Assembly (NCBI GenBank): GCA_016930515.1
Contig: JAFGGO010000150.1
Span: 1 to 17,742, forward strand
Direction: 5' to 3'
Length of the DNA stretch: 17,742 nucleotides
Origin: Promethearchaeota archaeon
Lineage (GTDB): Archaea > Asgardarchaeota > Lokiarchaeia > Sigyniarchaeales > SOKP01
Every line of letters starts with the position of its first letter. The first letter of the stretch is position 1. The notes under the pieces were generated by a model. The model had not been told where the DNA came from and did no database searches. It worked only from the letters and a program-made list of their open reading frames with translations. The position numbers and the translations under genes are program-made. Shown piece by piece: positions 8,848-16,600 of this stretch.

Positions 8848-9879
8848 TCAATCGATTTTATTGGGGCCCTTAAAGTGCTCGTAACCGTCGATATTAATAT
8901 TAATTTTTTTGTTATTCTTTAATAAAACAATATTATTACTGGTTGTTACCCTTCCAATTATATGCAAAGATAATTCTTGAAATTTGGGTAAATGCATCAT
9001 TCTTTCTAATTTTTCTTCAGGAATAGTAAATAAATGAATAAATTCTTCACCACCATTAAAAATAAGATTTTCAATGGGAACTCCAAATTCTTTGCTATAT
9101 TCACATGCTTCTTCGTCAAAAAGGTTGTGATCAAAGTAAATTTCAAACCCTAAGCCTGGATTTGAAACCAATAATTCCTTTAGGGAACGCGCAAGTCCAT
9201 CTGAGGAGTCGATACTAGCCGTGGCGAGGGAATTTTCTGCTAAATAATACGCTTCTTCTTCATGTATTGTTGGATTTAAAACGCTTTCAATGGATTTCTT
9301 GTATAAAACAAAATTTGATAAAGGTTGTTTTTTTATCAATAAAATATCTAGACCAACTCCAGTCAACCCAAATTTTCCATTAGCAACAAGAAAATCTCCT
9401 TTGGACATACCAGTCCTGTGAATTATATTATTTTTATTTCCATATCCTAATACGGTTGGATTAATTATCAACTCTCTTGTTTCGTTGATATCTCCACCAA
9501 TATAATGCAAATTATATTTTTTTGAACAATCAACCAATCCTTCGATAAGATTCTTAAAATCTCGCAAAACCATAGAATCAGGGAGTCCCAATGATATTAT
9601 GACTGCTCCTGGCTTAACGGCCTTAACAATAATATCACTCAGGTTAGCAATAATTACTTTCATGCCCATTTGGTAATAACTCATTTGTGGTGGTGCGTCA
9701 GTTGTTGATACAAACATGTCAGAATTAAGAACCACAATATTATCAGAAGGTATTAAGTCTTGGAAATAAAAAGAGTCGTCGCGAACTAGTTTTTCCCCAG
9801 TTTTTTCAAAAATGATCTCTTCAATAATATCAATTAATTGAGATTCTCCAAAAGTGTCAAGCTTCTTCGTTTCGCTCAT
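8848..9879 (-). CDS. thiL: Thiamine-monophosphate kinase
   Basis: GESQLID, RDDS, NSDMFV, ANLSDI, IGGDIN, DSSDGL and GGEEF motifs of the ThiL/PurM-like family. Confidence 0.93.
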   Translation of the reverse strand: MSETKKLDTFGESQLIDIIEEIIFEKTGEKLVRDDSFYFQDLIPSDNIVVLNSDMFVSTTDAPPQMSYYQMGMKVIIANLSDIIVKAVKPGAVIISLGLPDSMVLRDFKNLIEGLVDCSKKYNLHYIGGDINETRELIINPTVLGYGNKNNIIHRTGMSKGDFLVANGKFGLTGVGLDILLIKKQPLSNFVLYKKSIESVLNPTIHEEEAYYLAENSLATASIDSSDGLARSLKELLVSNPGLGFEIYFDHNLFDEEACEYSKEFGVPIENLIFNGGEEFIHLFTIPEEKLERMMHLPKFQELSLHIIGRVTTSNNIVLLKNNKKININIDGYEHFKGPNKID

Positions 9880-9933
9880 AGGATAAGATTTATAATTTCT
9901 TTAAAATTAATAAATATTAACATTAAACTAGAT

Positions 9934-10046
9934 GCCTCTGTGGCTTAGCGGTATAGAGTAATTCTCCGTAAGAGCGATTGATTCGTAATCAGAATATACT
10001 CTGAAGAAACATCAATCGGTCGTGGGTTCAAATCCCACCAGGGGCT
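9934..10046 (+). tRNA. tRNA-Thr(CGU) with two introns: 18 nt at 21/22 (9954-9971) and 23 nt at canonical 37/38 (9988-10010)
   Basis: Acceptor GCCTCTG/CAGGGGC-T73. Spliced D arm GCTT-AGCGGTA-GAGC, anticodon arm ATTGA-TTCGTAA-TCAAT, T arm GTGGG-TTCAAAT-CCCAC. Both inserts fold as BHB-type motifs (GCGG/CCGT; TTCG/AGAA with a TCAGA/TCTGA inner helix). Confidence 0.92.
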
Positions 10047-10149
10047 CTAAATATGATCTTAAATTCTATCCTTATTACAAGATTCCTCATTCAATTGTTC
10101 CATTAAAATATCAAAAACATCTTTAGATTGAAAAAGAAATTAGATTAAT

Positions 10150-11166
10150 TTAGATATCTTCAGTAACGACAAACCTTTTTATTATCTGTAAGGCAAGCAT
10201 TTTAAAAGCATCATTAATATTTTCACCTGTCTTGGCTGATGTTTCAATATAGGAAAGGCCTAATTTTTCTGCCATTTCTTGACCTTGTTCCCTGCTAACT
10301 TCTCTATCGCCTTCTAAATCAATCTTATTACCAACCAAGATTAATGATATATTCGGTGAGGCCGTTTTTATTTCTTTATGCCATCCTTCAAGGTTTTCAA
10401 ATGTTTCGTTCCTAGTTACATCGTATACTAATATTCCGGCTTCTGCGTTTTCTACATATGTCATTCTCACGCGCTTGAATTGTGATTGTCCTGCTAGGTC
10501 CCAAATAACAAAGCGTACTTTGCTACTCAATCCATCAAATTCACATTCCTTCTTCATTATTGATGTTCCAATTGTAGATTTGTAATCAGTTTCGTATTTC
10601 CCTTCTACAAACCTATGAACCATGCTAGTTTTACCAACGCCTCCCTCTCCTCCTAAAATCAATTTATATGCGTATTCTCCAGATTGTATTTTAATACGCT
10701 GGAGCGTATCTTTTTTACGAGAAATATCCTTGCCCTCTCCCCTACTTATAATTTTTGGGATGACAGGACTCACCGTCCGACCATCAAATATTCGAGCAAT
10801 CTTCTCAGCAGTTAAGTAGGCGTAAGGAAATACAGGATCTATCATTGCTACTGCGTCTAATACGGTTACAAAAACCGCATCTGGTCCAGCTTCGCAAAAA
10901 ATAAGCCGATAATCTTCAGTGTCAAATGTACCCGTACCAAAAGCCCCTGAACTAAACTCTTTAGTGATTCTTGTTAAAACAGGCTCCACTAAGGCGCTTA
11001 CGCCACCAACTATTTCCTCGTCAACGGATTTTTGAGAATCCTTTCCTGAAATCGAGTCTAATATTAATCCTTCTCTATTAACAACGATCACGGCTATTAA
11101 ATCCTTACCTACTTCTTGAACATACCATTGAAGCAACGCGGTGAGTTTTTTTCTATCGACAGACAC
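10150..11166 (-). CDS. N-terminal Roadblock/LC7 (MglB-like) domain fused to a Rab-like small GTPase
   Basis: The N-terminal DLIAVIVVNREGLILDS...LIFCEAGPDAVFVTVLD fits the roadblock pattern. GTPase motifs: G1 GEGGVGKT, G2 YKSTIG, G3 WDLAGQ, LVYDVT, G4 NKID, G5 ETSAK. No C-terminal Cys prenylation motif. GTG start. Confidence 0.92.
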   Translation of the reverse strand: MSVDRKKLTALLQWYVQEVGKDLIAVIVVNREGLILDSISGKDSQKSVDEEIVGGVSALVEPVLTRITKEFSSGAFGTGTFDTEDYRLIFCEAGPDAVFVTVLDAVAMIDPVFPYAYLTAEKIARIFDGRTVSPVIPKIISRGEGKDISRKKDTLQRIKIQSGEYAYKLILGGEGGVGKTSMVHRFVEGKYETDYKSTIGTSIMKKECEFDGLSSKVRFVIWDLAGQSQFKRVRMTYVENAEAGILVYDVTRNETFENLEGWHKEIKTASPNISLILVGNKIDLEGDREVSREQGQEMAEKLGLSYIETSAKTGENINDAFKMLALQIIKRFVVTEDI

Positions 11167-11291
11167 GAGTTTTAATGACCTTATTTGGTAATCAAGATGA
11201 ACTTGAAATTGATTTATTCTACCTTAAGATGATAATCTTGGAATATAAATTTTATTAAATAAATAAGACTTAAATCTGGAATATTATAATC

Positions 11292-11909
11292 TCATAAAAA
11301 AAGCATGAAAGCAGTAGTGAAGCCTGTGAGAAAGCATCCAATGATGCCTATTATTAATAAAATGATTTGTGTCCTAAGGTTAGAATGAGATTTGTTGAAA
11401 ATGATCCAAAGACTAAGAACAATGTCTAAAATCGATAAAAACGAACCAATCGAAAGAATAAAGTACAATGATTTATCAAATGGTTCTGAAATTGAATTTA
11501 TATCTGAAAAATTGTAAACTTTACTTGGATCAATCACACTACTATTCATAAAAAGACTAAAAATTAATCTATCTGGAATCGGATCCAATAATATTACCAA
11601 AAGAAGAGTGAAATATGTAAAGATAATTCCAAACCCGATATTAATATAAAAAACAGCTAATATTATCCCACTTTTTCTAAATTTTTCCCCATTTTTCTTA
11701 TACTGAGGACTATATTGCTTTTCCTTGAAATATGGGGATATCCTGCTCCTATATATGGTCAAAACGCCAAGAATAATTAAAATTGCTCCAAAAATATATC
11801 GAATACTTATAAAAAAGATGGATATGAAGGTGTTAAATGAAATACTAAACCCCTCCACTCCTTTCATAAACTCATCAAAAGGATTAGTCGTACTTTGGAA
11901 AATATCCAT
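11292..11909 (-). CDS. Hypothetical integral membrane protein (~4 TM helices)
   Basis: 205 aa with multiple hydrophobic helices, co-directional with and upstream of the GTPase fusion. Confidence 0.8.
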   Translation of the reverse strand: MDIFQSTTNPFDEFMKGVEGFSISFNTFISIFFISIRYIFGAILIILGVLTIYRSRISPYFKEKQYSPQYKKNGEKFRKSGIILAVFYINIGFGIIFTYFTLLLVILLDPIPDRLIFSLFMNSSVIDPSKVYNFSDINSISEPFDKSLYFILSIGSFLSILDIVLSLWIIFNKSHSNLRTQIILLIIGIIGCFLTGFTTAFMLFL

Positions 11910-12127
11910 CCATATTTCATTTGTTTTAAACTATAAAAAGTCTACATAATCTGAATAGAAACAGAATATTCTTGAGAAGAAATCTACAATGATTTTAAAT
12001 CCTTTTTCGTTTTTAGAAAGCAAAAAATTTTAAACTTTCAGAAATTTATTTCAAATACATTTGGTGATTAAGAATTTCTGTTTAAATTACTGATTTTTCT
12101 ACCAAAAAATTATCAGTAATATAAAAT

Positions 12128-12299
12128 GCAGGAGTTGCCAAGATGCAGATCCTTTAGAATCGCATGGGAACCTGGTCTACGGCGCTGGACCGAGGCTCCA
12201 GAAAACTCTTATTAAATAAGGGTTGGACAATCTCATAGGAGTTCGTGGGTTCGAAGTTAAACAAGCGTGCCTTGTTTGAGGAAATTCCCACCTCCTGCA
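12128..12299 (+). tRNA. tRNA-Leu(GAG) with three non-canonical introns: 15/16 (12143-12170), ~43/44 (12202-12230), 59/60 (12256-12285)
   Basis: Acceptor GCAGGAG/CTCCTGC-A73. Spliced D region GCCAAGCCTGGTCTACGGC, anticodon arm CTGGA-CCGAGGC-TCCAG, class II variable arm CTC-ATAG-GAG, T arm GTGGG-TTCGAAT-CCCAC. Each insert is a hairpin with BHB-like geometry. The boundary of intron 2 is uncertain by ±1 nt. Confidence 0.9.
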
Positions 12300-12430
12300 T
12301 TTATTTTAAAACACATGTTCTAAAAATTGTTATTCTTGGTTTAATTAAGATTTTTAAATCAAATTAAATAAGGAAGTATTAAATTATAAAAGAATTTCTC
12401 TATAATTAGCACTTAAAAAGGTAGATATCG

Positions 12431-13600
12431 ATTAGATATACAAGCGATTATTTTCCACTATCACATGTAAAGGCGCTTAATTTTAGTCGGAAGATCTTAA
12501 CAGATGGAGAAATTAAGGCTCTTAATTATATTCAGAACGAACTTGCTAATGAAAACATAAAAAATAATGCAGAAATCTTCAAGTGGAAATATCATTTCTT
12601 TAGCAGATCGTTATTTTTAGCTATAAATTCCATAATTGTGACTTTTTTTTTATTAACTCTGATATTTAAGTTTTTCCCACTAAAAATTATCTTGAGTAGT
12701 ATAATTTTTATATTATATTTGTTTCTATTGCTCAATAGTGGAAAAATTTCCTTGCCTTTTGGAAAAGAAAAGGAATCCAGAAATATTATTGGAGAGATAA
12801 ACGCTAAACATAAAACTTTCAAAAGACCACTATTTATATTTATTTCCTTTTATGGTTCAACAATAAAAAAATACAAACCTCTATATTCAAACATTATAAA
12901 TTCTTTTATTCTATTTTTATTACTCGATTATTTATTGTTAATTTTTATTGCTCATATTTTATCTTATTTATCATCATTATTTGAAATATTTTTAATTGTG
13001 AGTATAGAAATTTTTTCAATTATTTCAATACTTAATCGTGAGAGAGATGAATCCCAAGATTTTCCTAATCATTCATCAGGAGCTGCTGTTCTATTAGAAA
13101 TAGCTAAAACATTGAGAAAAGATGTTTTAAATAACATTGATGTAATTTTTTTATGGTGTGGTGGGAAAATTACTGGAAATAGGGGATTAAAAGCATTTTT
13201 AGATAGACATGTTATTGATATTTATCAAGAATACGACCTTAATCGATTTTATTGCTTGAATATAGATAAAGTCGGTGAAAATATCGGACTTTTTAATATT
13301 AAGAGAATAAAAAAGAAAGAATTAGGTGAATTGGATGTTATAATAGAAGCGACTGCAAAAAATATGAAGTTTCCCCTGTCCAATTTCACATCCATAACTT
13401 CAAACCTGAGTAATCCTGCCATAATTAACTCCTTTACAAAAAGAATAAAAAAATATCCTCACACATCTACTTTAACCTCCAACGAGAAAACCAGACCTTT
13501 TAATTACATAAAAGAGAGTTCTACTTATGAAGAGCAATTAAATAATTGCGTTAGGCTGAGTTTAAACATTTTAGAAAGCCTCGATATGAGAGTAAAATAA
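12431..13600 (+). CDS. Membrane-embedded M28 peptidase-fold protein, apparently catalytically degenerate
   Basis: M28-like segments RNIIGEI, NHSSGAAVLLEIAK, DVIFLWCGG and LNID, with two TM hairpins. The frame is open from 12425 with a typical M28 N-terminus (HVKALNFSRKILTDGEIKALNYIQNEL). The first ATG/GTG/TTG is only at 12638, so the ATT start at 12431 is inferred. Confidence 0.72.
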   Translation: MRYTSDYFPLSHVKALNFSRKILTDGEIKALNYIQNELANENIKNNAEIFKWKYHFFSRSLFLAINSIIVTFFLLTLIFKFFPLKIILSSIIFILYLFLLLNSGKISLPFGKEKESRNIIGEINAKHKTFKRPLFIFISFYGSTIKKYKPLYSNIINSFILFLLLDYLLLIFIAHILSYLSSLFEIFLIVSIEIFSIISILNRERDESQDFPNHSSGAAVLLEIAKTLRKDVLNNIDVIFLWCGGKITGNRGLKAFLDRHVIDIYQEYDLNRFYCLNIDKVGENIGLFNIKRIKKKELGELDVIIEATAKNMKFPLSNFTSITSNLSNPAIINSFTKRIKKYPHTSTLTSNEKTRPFNYIKESSTYEEQLNNCVRLSLNILESLDMRVK

Positions 13601-13604
13601 TAAT

Positions 13605-16600
13605 TTAGAAAAAATCACTGAGTTTTTGTTGCTTAATTTTAGGATTATTTGTTAAGCTCTGGACATACTCGTTAATTAATTCCATTCGTTGTAAGGTGTA
13701 TTGGTCTAAATTGAATTGAGTGCACAAAATTATTGCTCGTTTGATGTATTTTTCAATTCCCCCCCTATTAACGGTTAAAATAATTCGATTACCGCAACGG
13801 GGACACTTATTTCCGTTTGAAATGGGTGGACGCCTGAATTTTGAGTTGCATTTGATGCATCGAAAAGATTGAACCGAAAATTTTCTGAGATTTCCTGCAA
13901 TATCTGGAGTGAAATGAGTTGAAAGTATTTTTTTTGCTACATTTTTAGAATCTACTGCATTAATAATCTTAGCGAGATGTAATTGAGCTGTAATTTTATC
14001 GTCCATAGACTCATAGGTTTTATACGCTGTCTTGGTTGGGCCTTCATTGATATTTTCCGTTGGAATATTAAATCCTGATTGATATTGCTCCGGCGTTCCT
14101 AAGTGATTTTTTATTATACCCATGATATTGTCTATTTCTGAAGGTTGAGAGTATTTTTGTGTCGCTTCGTAAAATTCTAATGGATATTTAAAGAGAGTAT
14201 CCACATTATGAGCTTCTGCGTCTATCTCGTTAGGATCTAATAATGTCGAAATAACTAAGGTGGCGTCCATCCTTCCACCGATCTTGCTTGGTAAATAAAA
14301 TCTCGAGAAGTTCAACAACGGATCAAGGAGAAGCATCACTCCATCTTCGTCTCCGTCGCAATTTCTCCTTTTAGCGGCGTGCCAGAATGGATGGGCGTAG
14401 ATTGATCGCGCTGGAGAAAATCCAATTATTCTTCCAATAATGCCTGCGCTTGTGTGAGGTGCCAATCCCACGACGAGATGTCCAACTAAATCGTCTCGTA
14501 CAGAGACCTTATAAAAAGGTTCCAACTTGTAGAAGTACTCGAGTTCATCATCTATGAATTTTGCTACTTTTAAAAGGTATTCAGCGCAGTCATCTGATAA
14601 CACTATATCTTGAACCTTGAGTTCTACTATTTGATTTCCGTTTTCAAGAGTTTTTCCATCGTAAGCTTTGTTGTATCCCAATTCGTTTAATTTTTTAACG
14701 CTTACGGAAATCTCGTTTGGTTTAAAATGAGTTAATGGGATATCGGTTGCATCGTATCGAATCTCTGCTGTTTTATAGACAAGAACACCATTTTTTGCTC
14801 TTAGAATCCCTTTTTCAATCGGTTCGGGTACTTTAAATTCGTTTGTCAAACCAATTATCCCTTTGAAATTTTCGGGCATTCTCAATTTTAATGATTTTAA
14901 TTTGGAAAAGATATGGTTTTTTAGGTTGAATCGGGCCTCTAAAGAAGTTGAAAGTCGTTCAGAACATTGGGGACATTCGTGGAGATTTACCTGAAATAGA
15001 TAAGTTTTATTTTTTGTCCTGCATTTTGGACAAATTTTCTTCAATTCTGTGAAAGTTCCACATTTAGGGCAATTGTTAAAAATAGAAACATAATCACATT
15101 TTGGACATTGTTTGCGAGCCACATCAATGACTATTCTATTTGGTAATTCTTCCTTTTTTTTTCTTAATTCGTTTTTCTTTTTGCCCTTATCTCCATCGGA
15201 ATCCTCCAATCTTAATTCAATGGCTTTTTCAAATAACCTAGAACTCCCAACTTTGTCGCTTAGCGGAAACAAAGAATGAACTCCCTTCATGCTCTTTCTT
15301 TCAGATTTTTCTGGACGACCCATTCGAGTCCCCATAAAATAAGGTGCCTTATTTTTAACTTGAATTGAAGATAGGGTTAAAAAATAGGAAAAGACATCAG
15401 TCTCCCCCTCTTGTGATATGATAACTTCATCATTCAAATTAAATATTGCCGTGTAAATGAAATTCATGGCCTTACTAAAATTTATTTTTCCTTCCTTCAC
15501 CTTATGAGGCACAAATGCTTTTTCTAAAATTTTTTTAATTGAATCCTCGTTATCTAATGCAATCTTGCCACTTGACTTGATATAATTACTTAGAAACGCT
15601 TTTCTTAATTTCTTAATTTCTTCTACGGTTAAATTCCCCCAAAAATCCGTATATGCTGGATGGAGTGGAATTCTAAAAATTTTCGAGATTCGTATCGCTT
15701 CACTTGCCGTGGGAATGTTTTGAAACGGATTTTCGATGTATTTCAAAACATCAGAATTTGAATCGTTATCTTTTATTGAGGATTCTAATTCTAAAGACCA
15801 CCATTCTTCGACATATCCTGAAGGAACCAATTTATGGTTGTTTTCTGCAAATTCTCCAAATCCAAATAAAATATCCCCTAAAAAAAGGATCTCCTCGATT
15901 TCAGGAAAGCTCCTCCTTCCTGTAATGTAATCTGTTACTCTTACTACATTGCCGTTTTTTAGTTTCACGATAGGTGGTTCAATCGCATCAACTGGGCAAA
16001 TACTTGTGCTTTTTCCAGGTCTTTCTATTCTTAATTGAGTCCCAATTGCGACAAAATCGTCTAAAATTGCCATTGTTGCGGGATGCATTCCTCCTGCTGC
16101 CAAACCCGTGTTTCTGGATTTTCCGTACCTTATTCGATGACCTCCTATTCGTGAAGGATGGCTAAACACTGGCCTTCCAGCGATGATATCTGCTACAAAC
16201 TTAGGATTGGGAGGAATTTTTTCAGGCATTGACTGTTCTTTTTCTTGACTCTCCTCTTCCTTTAAAGCGATTTTTTTCAAATCTAAGAGCCAATCCCATC
16301 CTTCCAAATTCATATTCTTGGTAATTTTCATTAACTTCGATGCTTTTGAGAGTATTCCGTCATTTAAAACAAGACATGCCCCGCCCCGAATTTTGTTTGT
16401 CTCTACGCGAGGTAAATTTCGAAAAGCTGAAACTTCCTCGTCTTCCGTAGAATCTCCATTAATTTCAATTGGTAAATTCTTGACAGCGAATCTTAATTCG
16501 TCGTTAGAAGAAGGGTATTGTAGATGAATTTTTCTGTCATATAGCTTGACCTCTTCGACATACCTGCCGATTTCTGCTTCAGTAGCTTCGTATTTCGGAA

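Noticed and set aside
9895-9933. TATA/BRE promoters upstream of the tRNAs
   Set aside because: Likely present, but cannot be pinpointed in such AT-rich sequence.
11940-12120. Short inverted repeat (CAGAAATT/AATTTCTG) as a possible ncRNA or replication origin
   Set aside because: Short and AT-rich. No ORB-like repeats, cdc6, or C/D or H/ACA boxes are recognisable.
615-16527. Short alternative ORFs overlapping real genes (615, 1006, 1584, 1650, 2007, 2725, 3737, 5252, 6776, 10622, 11725, 12592, 15704, 15736, 15974, 16318)
   Set aside because: Shadow or out-of-frame ORFs on well-supported genes, with no recognisable motifs.
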